Counted from the first letter of the stretch, positions 30,286 through 42,850 are shown. The stretch is 64,000 nt of DNA from a bacterium (GCA_024229275.1 JAAESQ010000672.1:163-64162); one strand, 5' to 3'. Numbers and translations are program-made. Notes: generated by a model from the sequence alone, not told the origin.

Positions 30286-31374
30286 CTACGGCCAGCGATA
30301 GGTGAACGCGTTGATGTTCATCCCGGCGCCGACCGATGCGAAGACAACGACGTCGTCCGTAGTCAGTTTCTGGCCATCCATCTGACCACGCACGATAAGG
30401 TCTAACATCGTCGGTACCGTCGCTACCGAGCTGTTGCCAAGCCACGAAATGGTCATCGGCATTATGCGCTCCGGTATTTCACGCACATCGTAGAGACGGA
30501 AAAGTCGCTTGAGAATAGCTTCGTCCATCTTCGCGTTGGCTTGGTGCAACAAAACCCGACTGACGTTGCTGAGGGTCAATTCGGCCTTGTCGAGGCAGTC
30601 CTTCACAAGGCCCGGGACGTTCGTCAGGGCGTAGTTGTAAAGCTTGCGGCCAAACATTTTGAGAAACAGAGTGTCTTCCGCATACTCGGGATCGTAGGAC
30701 GTTCCCATCCACAATAGCTTTGCGTGGTCGATCGTATCCGAGCGCGCAGCGTGGGAGAGGATACCGATGTTCTGACTTGATTCCTGTGCTTCGAGCACCA
30801 CGGCGCCCGCACCATCCGAGTAGATCATGCTGTCTCGATCATGCGGATCCGAGACTCGCGAAAGTGTCTCCGCACCGATCACCAGTGCTGATGAGGCATC
30901 ACCTGACCGGAGAAAGTAGTCTGCCTGAATCACGCCTTGCACCCACCCCGGACATCCGAACGGCAAGTCGTAGGCGACACAGTACGGATTGGCGATGCCG
31001 AGCTTCTGCTTGACCCTGGCTGCAAGACTCGGGACGAAGTCCGAACGCCGGTTATCGGCCCGTACGTCACCGAAGTTGTGCGCAACGATAATGTAGTCAA
31101 GCTCTTCACGATCAAGGCCGGATGACTCAATAGCCTCTTCGGCCGCGAGGTGCGCTATGTCAGAAGTCAGGAGATCGTCCGACACATAGCGGCGCTCCCT
31201 GATCTCCGTAATTTCTTCAAACTTCTGGGTGATGCGTTCGTTGTCACCCTCAAACGGTTGATCATAGTCAGCAAAGAATCGGTTTTTGTGAAAACTGCTG
31301 TTCGGTACTGTCTCCGTCGGGATATAACTCCCGGTCCCTTTGATCACAGTACGTCGGGTCCCTTGTTGATTCAC
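30286..31374 (-). CDS. fabH: 3-oxoacyl-ACP synthase III (FabH family)
   Basis: GTGSYIP, PFGCPGW (catalytic Cys), HQAN, GNSSVAT, SVGAG; GGAGG RBS. Confidence 0.88.
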   Translation of the reverse strand: MNQQGTRRTVIKGTGSYIPTETVPNSSFHKNRFFADYDQPFEGDNERITQKFEEITEIRERRYVSDDLLTSDIAHLAAEEAIESSGLDREELDYIIVAHNFGDVRADNRRSDFVPSLAARVKQKLGIANPYCVAYDLPFGCPGWVQGVIQADYFLRSGDASSALVIGAETLSRVSDPHDRDSMIYSDGAGAVVLEAQESSQNIGILSHAARSDTIDHAKLLWMGTSYDPEYAEDTLFLKMFGRKLYNYALTNVPGLVKDCLDKAELTLSNVSRVLLHQANAKMDEAILKRLFRLYDVREIPERIMPMTISWLGNSSVATVPTMLDLIVRGQMDGQKLTTDDVVVFASVGAGMNINAFTYRWP

Positions 31375-31557
31375 CGTGGTGGCCTCCAGTACCTGGCCTC
31401 GTCGAAATACGGGCGCCCGACATGGGTATTGTCGGACGCCCGCTACTCGAGCGAGGACTCATGGTACCACCAGGTTCCTCGGACACCATGCCTTTGCCGA
31501 ACTGAAGTCGGAGTTTACTGGCATTGGCGGAACCTTGGGTTCGCTGTAGTGAGACCC

Positions 31558-31812
31558 TCAGGCTCGGGCTGAGCGGTTCCAGATCCGCTCATAGTCGTCT
31601 CGGACGCCTTGGTCTACCCACTTCCAGTCGACGGCAAGGACATATCCGTCGCCATCGCAGATATTGCAGGTAATCCACGACCCGGCTCCACAACCCGAGG
31701 GCACAGCTCCGCTTCCATCGCAGAGCCAGCACGATTCGAAGTTGGCCGGGACGTTGGCGGCAAGAATTTCTCCTCGCTCATTCAGGACCGATATTTGAGT
31801 CTTGAAGGACAT
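31558..31812 (-). CDS. Small protein with one DnaJ-type zinc-finger pair (CxxCxGxG x2)
   Basis: CWLCDGSG and CNICDGDG; GGGAGG RBS before ATG. Confidence 0.6.
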   Translation of the reverse strand: MSFKTQISVLNERGEILAANVPANFESCWLCDGSGAVPSGCGAGSWITCNICDGDGYVLAVDWKWVDQGVRDDYERIWNRSARA

Positions 31813-32139
31813 CGCTCAACCTCCCTTGCTGGCTCGATCGTTGGTAGATGCCGACCGTGGTCGGTCGACCGGCGGTTAGTTCTTATACGTTCAAACTCCG
31901 TGCCGGATTTCATACCCGAGTTAGAACCGGCTAAACCGTGAAAATGCCGTAATAGGTCAGATCTGCACTCCAGTGCTTCCCAAGTAGCGTCCAAAATTGA
32001 GGACAGACTCATGCTGACCGACTCGATTCCCAGAGCTTACTCATTGAAAATCCATGTCCTATGCAGAAGATGCGCTCCCCGCCCGAAGGTGATACAACAC
32101 CAACACCGAGCGCTGCTCGGAACCTATCCCGGAGGACCC

Positions 32140-34431
32140 ATGATCGAAAACCGAGCATCCCGTCTCATACTCACCCTATTCTCACTGGTATTCGTGATCT
32201 CTTCTCCGGCCACTGCTGAAAACCAAGCTCCTGACATGCTGACTATCGATGCCTTGTTCGCGACTGAGGATTTTGACGGCGAGTCGGCGCCGGATCTCAA
32301 ATGGGTCGGCGACGGCGCTCACTATGTAGTCCTCGAACCCCTTACTGGCGACGAAGAGGGACACGAACTTGCGATCTACAACGCCTCTACCGGCCTCAGG
32401 GAGGTTCTGGTTGCGTCACCCTCGTTCTATCCCTCGGGCTCCGACAATCCGCTCGACATCGAAAGCTACACAATTGACTATGAAGACAACCGTCTTCTAC
32501 TCTTCGCCAACGCGGAGCGTGTGTGGCGTCGCAAGACTCGTGGGGACTACTGGCTTCTTAACCTCGACTCTGGCCAACTAAGCCAGCTGGGCGCCGCCTT
32601 TCCACCCTCCAGTCTCATGTTTGCAAAGCTGTCTCCGAACGGTGCGCTCGCCGCCTACGTCAGCGACAACAATCTGGTACTGGAAGACGTCGCGACCGGC
32701 AAAACTACAAGACTGACTACCGACGGATCCTCCACGATCATCAACGGAACCTTCGACTGGGTCTACGAGGAGGAACTCGGCCTCCGCGACGGCTTTCGCT
32801 GGAGCCCCGATGGAAAACGGATCGCATTCTGGCGCCTCGATTCGAAGGACGTGCCGGAGTACACAATCGCCAACTACACAGACTCAAACTACCCGGACGT
32901 CAAACGGTTTGGATACCCAAAAGTCGGACAGTCGAACTCTACCGCGACAGTTGGTGTGGTCGAAGTCGAGACCGGCGAGACGATCTGGTTTGAACTTCCC
33001 GGGCGCCCCGAGTTCGAATACATCGCCCGCATGGCCTGGGCGAAAAATTCAACCGAGGTTCTTGTTCAACAACTGGATCGCCGGCAGCAAGTAAATCGGG
33101 TTTCGCTCTGCGAGAAAACCTTTGGAAAGTGCAGCGAGGTTCTCACAGAACGTGACTCAGCTTGGGTCGAAACACACGATGAACCGATCTGGACCAAGGA
33201 CGGCGAGTCCTTCCTGTGGCTGAGCGAACGCGATGGGCACCAGCATTTGTACGATATCTCACGTGACGGCAGCCGGACGAAACTGCTCACACCAGGCAAC
33301 TACGATGTCATTGACCTGATCAAAGTCGACACCACGGCAAACCGCGCCTTCTTCACCGCCTCACCCGACAATCCGACCCAGCGCTATCTCTACCAGGTCG
33401 ATCTCAATGGTGGTGGCAAGGTGCGGCGTCTGTCTCCGGCTGGCCTAAGAGGCACTCACAGCTATGATGTCGCCCCAGCGGCAGGTCTCGCGATTCACAC
33501 ATTCTCGTCCCTGACCGAGCCTCCGGTCATCAGTGTCGTTTCGCTGCCGGATCACCAACAGCTCAGATTGCTGATCGACAACCACGATCTCAGGGAGCGT
33601 CTACAGCAGCTGAAACAACCAGCCACCGAGTTCTTCAGGGTCAAGATCGACCAAGATATCGAACTCGACGGCTGGTGTCTCAAACCTTCATCCTTTGACC
33701 CCAGCCAGCGCTATCCGGTCCTCGTCTACGTCTACGGGGAACCCGCCGGCCAAACGGTGCTCGATCGTTGGGGAAGGGGGTCTGGTCCACTTTGGTATTG
33801 GATGCTCACCCAACACGGATACGTCGTCCTCAGCGTTGACAACCGCGGCACGCCGGCGCCACGCGGACGCGAGTGGCGTAAATCGGTGTACGGTCAGATC
33901 GGAATCCTGGCCTCAGAGGATCAGGCAGCTGCGATCAACGCTCTGGCTGCGCGCTGGCGTTGGATAGATCGTGAGCGCATGGCCATCTGGGGGTGGAGTG
34001 GCGGCGGCTCCATGACTCTGAATATGATGCTGCGCTACCCAGGTCTTTTCGCCGCCGGCATGTCCGTGGCGCCGGTTGCCGATCAACGCCTCTACGACAC
34101 CATCTACCAGGAGCGCTACATGGGTCTGCTCGACGAGAATCTCGAGGGCTACATCCAGGGTTCTCCAGTCACCTTCGCGCATCAACTCGAAGGCAAGCTC
34201 CTACTAGTCCACGGCACGGGCGATGACAACGTGCACTCGCAGAACACCGAGGTCATGGTCAACGAACTCATCAAGCACAACAAGCAGTTCTCAATGATGC
34301 TCTACCCCAACCGAAGCCACTCTATCCGGGAGGGCGAGAACACCAGCAGGCATCTCAGGCAGATGTTGACCGATTTCCTGATGACCCACGTCCCGCCAGG
34401 ACCCAAGCCACAGCACACACCAGATCCGTAG
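32140..34431 (+). CDS. Dipeptidyl peptidase IV (S9B), secreted
   Basis: Signal peptide; [35 protein letters not shown] catalytic His; GGAGG RBS. Confidence 0.93.
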   Translation: MIENRASRLILTLFSLVFVISSPATAENQAPDMLTIDALFATEDFDGESAPDLKWVGDGAHYVVLEPLTGDEEGHELAIYNASTGLREVLVASPSFYPSGSDNPLDIESYTIDYEDNRLLLFANAERVWRRKTRGDYWLLNLDSGQLSQLGAAFPPSSLMFAKLSPNGALAAYVSDNNLVLEDVATGKTTRLTTDGSSTIINGTFDWVYEEELGLRDGFRWSPDGKRIAFWRLDSKDVPEYTIANYTDSNYPDVKRFGYPKVGQSNSTATVGVVEVETGETIWFELPGRPEFEYIARMAWAKNSTEVLVQQLDRRQQVNRVSLCEKTFGKCSEVLTERDSAWVETHDEPIWTKDGESFLWLSERDGHQHLYDISRDGSRTKLLTPGNYDVIDLIKVDTTANRAFFTASPDNPTQRYLYQVDLNGGGKVRRLSPAGLRGTHSYDVAPAAGLAIHTFSSLTEPPVISVVSLPDHQQLRLLIDNHDLRERLQQLKQPATEFFRVKIDQDIELDGWCLKPSSFDPSQRYPVLVYVYGEPAGQTVLDRWGRGSGPLWYWMLTQHGYVVLSVDNRGTPAPRGREWRKSVYGQIGILASEDQAAAINALAARWRWIDRERMAIWGWSGGGSMTLNMMLRYPGLFAAGMSVAPVADQRLYDTIYQERYMGLLDENLEGYIQGSPVTFAHQLEGKLLLVHGTGDDNVHSQNTEVMVNELIKHNKQFSMMLYPNRSHSIREGENTSRHLRQMLTDFLMTHVPPGPKPQHTPDP

Positions 34432-34655
34432 CACCGCAGCGGTTTTGGATCGGGCCTCACCTGTGGAGGCAGCCTCAACCTACCACCATCTTCTTCGCGC
34501 TCTTGGCGGCTTCGCGTTTCAATAAGGCCAACAACTTGGTGTGCGCGATCGACCCGAGCCACAGGCGGCTCGTGGATCTTGGATCTGTGGAATTTGATGT
34601 TGAGATCTCATCTTGTACTCTTGGACAGACATCAACTCGAAGCAGGAGAACCAAA

Positions 34656-36608
<1,953 letters not shown>

Positions 36609-36623
36609 TAGAGAACGAATTGA

Positions 36624-36741
36624 ACCGCTAGGCGCACAAGGTACGCGAAGAGCACGCAAAGCTGGAACCTGTGGTTGTACTCGGACACCGAAATTGCCCG
36701 TGACCGAATACAACCCCTTGGTGCTCTTGGCGTTTGGCGGT
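36624..36741. repeat. Long imperfect intergenic inverted repeat
   Basis: ACCGCTAGGCGC.. pairs with ..GCGTTTGGCGGT; inner GGTTGTACTCGG pairs with CCGAATACAACC. Confidence 0.5.
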
Positions 36742-36793
36742 CTAGAACGCACCACCCGGCGAAGATAGACCTTCAACCCGAGCCACCTCGGAT

Positions 36794-37549
36794 TCAGTGA
36801 CCCTGCTTCCGGGCGATGAAGAAGACGTAGCCGTAGGCGTCGCCATCGGTCTTGAAAATCTCGATCTCGGCGTCGTGCATCTTTACGACTTCAAGGCGGA
36901 CCGGATCGTTGGCGTATTCGACTCGCAGCTCGTCGAGGCGCTCCTGCATTGGCGCGTAGTAGTCATCCCACCATGCGGATGCGTCGAGTGCGAAGTGTCC
37001 CTCATTCTCGAAACCAGCATCGGCGATACGCATCAGATTCGCTTCGATCGTTGTGATCGCAGGATACTCAGAATTCCAGAATGTCTGCACTCTTTCACCC
37101 GGTCTATCGAGCAGCCATGTGGCCTCGGTGAAGGCAAGGCGTCCTCCCGGTTGCAACAGAGTCTGCCAGTACTCGAGTGCTGCCTCGATTCCTATGCAAT
37201 AGGCCGCTCCTTCTGACCAGATAAGATCAAACTGTTCACCGCGAAAGGGCAGAAGCGACATATCGCCTCCAAGCACTCGTAGTACGGCTTTGTCGCTTTC
37301 TCCGATACACCGCAGAAACGGCAGGTGATTGTCGACAGCTACGATGCGTGCATCTGGCATCGCATCGGCAAGATCGCGTGTCTGTGCTCCCGGGCCACAG
37401 CCAAGATCCAGAACACGAGGCGCGGTAGGAAGATCCACGATCATCGACAACGCTCGTCGGGTGGCTTCCTGCGAACCCGGCCCCTCTCGAGGGAGGTCAC
37501 TGTGGATCCGGAAGAATGCCTGCTGTACGGCCGGGTCTTGGAAGTCCAT
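36794..37549 (-). CDS. Class I SAM-dependent methyltransferase
   Basis: LPREGPGS, VLDLGCGPG, FDLIWSEGA; AGGAG RBS. Confidence 0.88.
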   Translation of the reverse strand: MDFQDPAVQQAFFRIHSDLPREGPGSQEATRRALSMIVDLPTAPRVLDLGCGPGAQTRDLADAMPDARIVAVDNHLPFLRCIGESDKAVLRVLGGDMSLLPFRGEQFDLIWSEGAAYCIGIEAALEYWQTLLQPGGRLAFTEATWLLDRPGERVQTFWNSEYPAITTIEANLMRIADAGFENEGHFALDASAWWDDYYAPMQERLDELRVEYANDPVRLEVVKMHDAEIEIFKTDGDAYGYVFFIARKQGH

Positions 37550-37695
37550 TCGGTTCTCCTGTTCCAGCACCGAATGTTCGCACGAAACCTCTTGCTCTGC
37601 GCACCAATACACTGCTTCGTGCCTATACTGTGCGTGTTCTACGCGCTTGCGACCTCTTTCAAGCGTTAGGGCAACAACCCAACAAGGAGCGAACC

Positions 37696-38877
37696 ATGCT
37701 CATCCAAGAGAAGGTCAACCAGGCAAAACAACTTCTGGAAGAATTCACTATCGATTGCTGGATCACGTTTGTGCGGGAGAGTCAGCTCAATGGCGACCCA
37801 ATCCTTCCGTACCTTGTATCTGCGGATGTAACGTGGCACTCAGCTTTCATCGTCAGTCGCTCCGGCGAAACCCGTGCCATCGTCGGTCTCTATGACCAGA
37901 AGACCGTCGAAGACACTGGCGCTTGGGATCAGGTCGACAGCTTTGTCGAGGGCGTCAAAGCGCCGTTCATCTCCTACATGCGCGAACTCAATCCGTCGTC
38001 AATAGCCGTCAACTACTCGGTCGACAGCGAGATCTGCGACGGTATCACTCACGGCATGCTGCTGACCCTCCAGGAACTGTTGGGAGAGATCGGCATGGCT
38101 AACCGGTTGATTTCAGCCGAGCCGATCGTCTCGGCTCTGCGTGAGCGCAAGACCGAGAGCGAACTTGACGCCATCCGCGCCGCCATTCAGAACACCGAGG
38201 AGATCTTCGACCTCGTCACGCCGTTCATCAAGCCCGGACGAACCGAGAAAGAGATCGCTGCCTTCATGAAGGCCGAAGTCGAAAGGCGAGGTCTCGAACT
38301 GTCGTGGGAAGAGATGGTGTGTCCCGCTGTCTTCACCGGTCCCGCCACAGCCGGGGCCCACTACGAACCGACCGATCGCGAAGTCGAACGCGGCCACATT
38401 CTCAATATGGACTTCGGCGTCCGCGTTGATGGCTACTGTTCCGATATGCAACGCACTTTCTACATCCTCAAGGAGGGTGAGACGGCAGCGCCCGCTGACG
38501 TACTCGACGGCTTCGACACTATCGTCAAAGCCGTCACTGATTCGTTCAACGCGATGCATCCTGGCGCGGTAGCGAAAGACATCGACAAAGTAGCCCGCGA
38601 CGTTGTCGTGGACGGCGGCTACGATGAGTTTCCACACGCTCTCGGCCACCAGGTCGGTCGCTTCTCCCACGATGGAACGGCCATCCTCGGCCCGATGTGG
38701 GAGAAGTACAGGAGCAAGCCCCTGCGCAAACTTGAACAGGACATGGTCTTCACGATCGAACCCCGACTCACCGTGGAGGACCGAGGCGTCGCGACAATCG
38801 AGGAGATGGTGGTGATCACCTCGGACGGGGCCGATTTTCTATCTCACCAACAGACCGAGATCATCCTGATCGGCTGA
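37696..38877 (+). CDS. Xaa-Pro aminopeptidase/dipeptidase (M24B)
   Basis: DFG..YCSD, HALGH, IEP, IEE metal ligands; AAGGAG RBS. Confidence 0.9.
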   Translation: MLIQEKVNQAKQLLEEFTIDCWITFVRESQLNGDPILPYLVSADVTWHSAFIVSRSGETRAIVGLYDQKTVEDTGAWDQVDSFVEGVKAPFISYMRELNPSSIAVNYSVDSEICDGITHGMLLTLQELLGEIGMANRLISAEPIVSALRERKTESELDAIRAAIQNTEEIFDLVTPFIKPGRTEKEIAAFMKAEVERRGLELSWEEMVCPAVFTGPATAGAHYEPTDREVERGHILNMDFGVRVDGYCSDMQRTFYILKEGETAAPADVLDGFDTIVKAVTDSFNAMHPGAVAKDIDKVARDVVVDGGYDEFPHALGHQVGRFSHDGTAILGPMWEKYRSKPLRKLEQDMVFTIEPRLTVEDRGVATIEEMVVITSDGADFLSHQQTEIILIG

Positions 38878-38889
38878 TTGGAGACCAAC

Positions 38890-40230
38890 ATGGGGCGCAC
38901 GTTGTTACTCGATTCTTCACATCGCCTGCCTATCCCGCTGGCCATTGCCTTCCTAGCCATCAGTATCCTTACAGGGGCCTGTACGTGCTCCTCACCCTCC
39001 GCCTCCGACGCTTCGTCTCTGGCAACTCGCCTCGCCGCAGCACTACCCTCAGCGACCGTTGAGGATCGCGAGCCAGAGCCTCCTTTTGTTGCCGAATGCG
39101 CGGTCATTCTCAAACAACCACTCGACCACGCAGACCCGGAAGGCCCTCAGTTCGATCAACGCATTGTGGTCTCCGAGATCAATCCCGACCACCCTGTGGT
39201 TTTGATCACGGAGGGCTATGCGTTCGGCAAGAACTACACCCGCGAGCTGGCTGAGGTCCTGGACGCCAACCAGGTGCGCGTCGAGCATCGTTTCTTCGGA
39301 GAATCCAAACCGGAGGACACCGATTGGCAGTATCTTCACATCGATCAGGCGGTACAGGACTACCACCGCATCGTCGAGCTGTTCAAGCCGCTGCTGCCCG
39401 GACCGTGGGTGTCCACGGGGTGGAGCAAGGGTGGCCAAACCTCCCTGGCGTATCGCAAGGCTTTCCCCGACGACGTGGCCGCAACCGTGGCCTATGACGC
39501 GCCGATCAACCTTGCCGTCGAAGATCCCAGGATCGATGCTTTCTTTGACACCGTCGGAACGCCGGAGTGCCGGCAGAGGCTCATCGAGTTTCAGCGCACC
39601 GTCCTCTCACGCAAAGACGAGATCATGGCGCGTTTTGAGTGGTATGCACGCGGCAGAGGCTACACCTACTCGATCGGTGAGGAGAAGGCGCTCGAGTACA
39701 TCGTGCTTGAGTACCCGTTCTCGTTCTGGCAGTACGAGAAGATCGACTGCACCACGATCCCGAGTTCGAGAGCCGGCGCAGACGCTGTTCTCGAACACCT
39801 CATAGAGGTCGTGTCCTTCAGATCCTACGCCGACCGATCGATGGATTCTGCATCCATGTACCAGTTCGTGACTCAGCTCGGCTACTACGGCTATGTCACT
39901 AAGAACGTTGCAGATTTGCTCAATTCGGAAGCCTACCCCAACTCTGCTTACGCGCCTCAGGATGTCTCTATGGACTTCGATCCCGAACCAATGTTCGAGC
40001 TTCAATCGTGGCTTTTCACCCAAGGCCACCGAATTCTCTATATCTACGGCGGCCTCGATCCGTGGTCTGCGCCAGCTGTGGTCGCAAAAGGCGATGTCGA
40101 CGCCAGAACTGAGTTCCTGGAGGACGGTAACCACTTCACCTTCCTGCGCTCCTTCTCTGAGCCACGCCAAAGCGAAATGGTCGATCTCATTACCAACTGG
40201 CTCGCAACCCCGTCTGAATCGGTCAACTAG
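38890..40230 (+). CDS. S28/S37 (PS-10, tripeptidyl aminopeptidase-like) serine peptidase, probable lipoprotein
   Basis: QPLDH, EHRFFGES, GWSKGG, GGLDPW, GNH; lipobox TGAC. Confidence 0.82.
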   Translation: MGRTLLLDSSHRLPIPLAIAFLAISILTGACTCSSPSASDASSLATRLAAALPSATVEDREPEPPFVAECAVILKQPLDHADPEGPQFDQRIVVSEINPDHPVVLITEGYAFGKNYTRELAEVLDANQVRVEHRFFGESKPEDTDWQYLHIDQAVQDYHRIVELFKPLLPGPWVSTGWSKGGQTSLAYRKAFPDDVAATVAYDAPINLAVEDPRIDAFFDTVGTPECRQRLIEFQRTVLSRKDEIMARFEWYARGRGYTYSIGEEKALEYIVLEYPFSFWQYEKIDCTTIPSSRAGADAVLEHLIEVVSFRSYADRSMDSASMYQFVTQLGYYGYVTKNVADLLNSEAYPNSAYAPQDVSMDFDPEPMFELQSWLFTQGHRILYIYGGLDPWSAPAVVAKGDVDARTEFLEDGNHFTFLRSFSEPRQSEMVDLITNWLATPSESVN

Positions 40231-41284
40231 CACCATTAGCGGATGGGTAACAGCCCAAGAACCTGAAATCGACGGCCATCTCCTGGACTCCGTCGAGTAC
40301 TCGTCGCACTCTGGGTTCTTGATCTGAACCTTCGAAGTCTAGAAAGAATGAGTAGTTGTCAGGATCAGAACGCAATGGGATCGAAGCAATACGGGTGAGA
40401 TTGATGCTTGCATCGGCGAAGAGCCGAAGCATGCCGAAAAGCTGACCTGACTCGTGTGCAGTCACCAACACGATCGAACACTTGTTACCGTCGATAACTG
40501 GCTTTCGAGCCAGCATCAGAAAGCGCGTGTTATTCGACGCGTCGTCTTCGATGGCTGTAGCAAGAGCCTCAAGACCATAGAGTTCCGACGCCAGTGAACT
40601 GGAGATAGCTGCTGCTGCGCGTGGCCGATCTTTTGCGATCATCTTGGCAGCGCCGGCGGTGTCATAAAAGGGACGAGCCTCGAGTTCATGTTTGGCCAGG
40701 AATCCGCGGCATTGGGCCAGGGCCTGTGGGTGCGAATAGACGACGCGAATGTCACGCAGATCCATACCGGCTCGAGCCAACAGGTTGTGATGTACCGGCA
40801 GCCTTGCTTCCCCGACGACATTCAGTTCGGTCGTCGTCAGGAGATCGTTGACCTGCGTGACAGCACCCTCAAGAGAGTTCTCGACCGGCACGACTCCAAG
40901 GTCGAAAGCTCCCTCAGCGACGCCACGGAACACGTTAGCGAACTCGAAACATGGAATGTATGCGGCTCCAGGAACTAGGCGCCGCGAAGCCTCTTCGCTG
41001 TACGCACCGTGCTCGCCCTGAAAGGCAACCAACCGTTCTCCTCTCTCCTGGAGGTCCTTGCTCTGGGAAATGATCTCCTCAAATAAACGCTCGGCAAAAG
41101 CTGGCTCGACCAGTGCCAAACTCGACCGCATCGCCCGATTGAGGACGACCTCCTCACGGCTGCGATCCGTCGGCCCCTTCTTGAAGCGGCGGGCGCGTAA
41201 GCCCAGCTCCATTCTCTCTTCCAGAAGAGCGAGAAGTTCGAGGTCAATCTCATCGATGCGCTGGCGGATGTTCTCAATTGCCAT
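40223..41284 (-). CDS. pheA: Bifunctional chorismate mutase/prephenate dehydratase (P-protein)
   Basis: IRQRIDEID CM domain, FQGEHGAYSE, PVENSLEG, SHPQALAQC, NNTRF, ACT domain. Confidence 0.95.
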   Translation of the reverse strand: MAIENIRQRIDEIDLELLALLEERMELGLRARRFKKGPTDRSREEVVLNRAMRSSLALVEPAFAERLFEEIISQSKDLQERGERLVAFQGEHGAYSEEASRRLVPGAAYIPCFEFANVFRGVAEGAFDLGVVPVENSLEGAVTQVNDLLTTTELNVVGEARLPVHHNLLARAGMDLRDIRVVYSHPQALAQCRGFLAKHELEARPFYDTAGAAKMIAKDRPRAAAAISSSLASELYGLEALATAIEDDASNNTRFLMLARKPVIDGNKCSIVLVTAHESGQLFGMLRLFADASINLTRIASIPLRSDPDNYSFFLDFEGSDQEPRVRRVLDGVQEMAVDFRFLGCYPSANGAS

Positions 41285-41314
41285 TTTGGTGTTCCTGTCC
41301 TTCCGTGTTTGGGC

Positions 41315-41346
41315 AATAAAAAAGCCCCGCACCTATGGTGCGGGGC
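41315..41346 (-). terminator. Attenuator terminator upstream of pheA
   Basis: GCCCCGCACC-ATA-GGTGCGGGGC followed by TTTTTTATT, ending about 30 nt before the pheA ATG. Confidence 0.85.
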
Positions 41347-41367
41347 CGTACTGCGATTTCGCGCTGT

Positions 41368-41484
41368 CTAGATCGGCGGGCCGCACCCTGCTATGTATTT
41401 CGTAAAGCTAAAGAAACGACCAAAGCTATCGCTGGACTGCGCCAGGGCATTATCAGGGTCCAGCACACGAGCGGGCACGATCAT
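41368..41484 (-). CDS. pheA leader peptide, 38 aa: MIVPARVLDPDNALAQSSDSFGRFFSFTKYIAGCGPPI
   Basis: 4 Phe codons in 7 positions plus a Tyr; overlaps the antiterminator strand GGTGCGG; too short for the ORF track. Confidence 0.72.
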   Translation of the reverse strand: MIVPARVLDPDNALAQSSDSFGRFFSFTKYIAGCGPPI

Positions 41485-41490
41485 CGGCGC

Positions 41491-41519
41491 AGTCTAGGCG
41501 CCAACAACACATCTGTCAA
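41491..41519 (-). promoter_or_regulatory. Sigma70 promoter TTGACA-N17-TAGACT for the leader-pheA transcript
   Basis: Consensus -35, 17-nt spacer, -10 ending 6 nt before the leader ATG. Confidence 0.75.
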
Positions 41520-41623
41520 ATGAATGAGGGGTCGAAAAGCACGCGAATGCGTTAGGATACTGGGTGGCAATGAGCCATTGGACTCTCTGTGGGAGTCCAA
41601 TACACTTGGAGGAATTGCGGGCC

Positions 41624-42850
41624 ATGAAGAACCTTGTGCTGATCGGACTTCTGATTGCGGCAATCTCGTTGATGTCCATAGGTTGCCCGACTGAGACGAA
41701 ACCTGCGGCCAACTCGACTGACCAGGGTGGGCTGCTACTCGCGTTGGCGACCTTCACTGACGGTCCGGATGGACCCAAGCCGGAGCCCGCCACACTGGCG
41801 ATTCTCACACCCAGCCCAATTCAATGGAAGTACACCTCGGTTCAGGACCCGGAGAGCAACGTCTTGCACAAAGCCATGGTTTGCGATCTCGGAGACGGAC
41901 ACGGCGAGGGAATACTAACCGCCGGTGGAACTGCTGCAGCCATCAAACTGTGGTCGTCGCCCACAGAGGTTACAACCCTGTGGCAGGCCGATTTCGGCGG
42001 CAAGTTCTCACGCATGCGTGATGTCGAGGTTGCCGACGTGTCCGGCGACGGACGCCCAAACGTTGTCGTCGCCACTCACGACCAAGGGGTTGTGGCCGTC
42101 ATACAACCAAATAGCGACGGCGGATTCGACGTCGAAGAGCTCGACCGCGAGGTCGACACCATCGTCCATGAAGTCGAGGTCGGTGATCTCGATGCGGATG
42201 GAACGATCGAGATCTACGCCACTCCCAGCCAGCCCAATCGACTCGACGGCACGGACCAGGCAGGTTTTGTCGTTCGCTATGTTCCAGCTCAAGGTGAGGG
42301 TCGTACGGTCGTTGCCGACCTCGGCGATCGGCACGCCAAAGAGATCCTCGTGGAGGATCTTGACGGCGATGGCACCGACGAGCTTTACGTCGCGGTTGAG
42401 GCTGTCTCATACGGATACGCCGAGATCCTGCGATTCGACGCGACGACTGCTCCTGACGCCGGAGTTCGGGTTGCAACACTTGAAGACAAGCTTTGCCGCT
42501 GCCTCACCGCGGGCGATCTCGATGGCGACGGACGCAAGGAGCTTGTCGCCACGACCCACAAAAGCGGCGCTTGGTTGTACAGACCACCTACTTCGGAAGA
42601 TGGCGACGAGTGGTCTAGCGAGCTAATAGATGCGAATTCATCCGGTTTTGAGCACGCCTCGATCGTCGCCGATCTCGACGGCGACGGCATCTCCGAACTC
42701 TACGTTGCCAACGATGACGGCGGTGAAGTCAATCGCTACACCTGGAAAGACGGCGCTGCTGTCAAGGAGACAATCTACGTTTACCCAGAAGGCATGACCG
42801 GTTTCACATGGAACATCATGCCAATGCCGAAAGGATTTGTATTCGAGTAG
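41624..42850 (+). CDS. FG-GAP/VCBS-repeat beta-propeller lipoprotein
   Basis: Lipobox SIGC; repeated DxDGDG Ca-binding motifs (DVSGDG, DLDADG, DLDGDG x3). Confidence 0.85.
   Translation: MKNLVLIGLLIAAISLMSIGCPTETKPAANSTDQGGLLLALATFTDGPDGPKPEPATLAILTPSPIQWKYTSVQDPESNVLHKAMVCDLGDGHGEGILTAGGTAAAIKLWSSPTEVTTLWQADFGGKFSRMRDVEVADVSGDGRPNVVVATHDQGVVAVIQPNSDGGFDVEELDREVDTIVHEVEVGDLDADGTIEIYATPSQPNRLDGTDQAGFVVRYVPAQGEGRTVVADLGDRHAKEILVEDLDGDGTDELYVAVEAVSYGYAEILRFDATTAPDAGVRVATLEDKLCRCLTAGDLDGDGRKELVATTHKSGAWLYRPPTSEDGDEWSSELIDANSSGFEHASIVADLDGDGISELYVANDDGGEVNRYTWKDGAAVKETIYVYPEGMTGFTWNIMPMPKGFVFE

Noticed and set aside
30286-31374. FabH as part of the pfa-oleA cluster
   Set aside because: About 9 kb away, on the opposite strand and separated by unrelated operons.
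41391-41450. Alternative leader ORF MPWRSPAIALVVSLALRNT
   Set aside because: No Phe codons and no RBS. The Phe-rich frame fits the promoter and antiterminator geometry.
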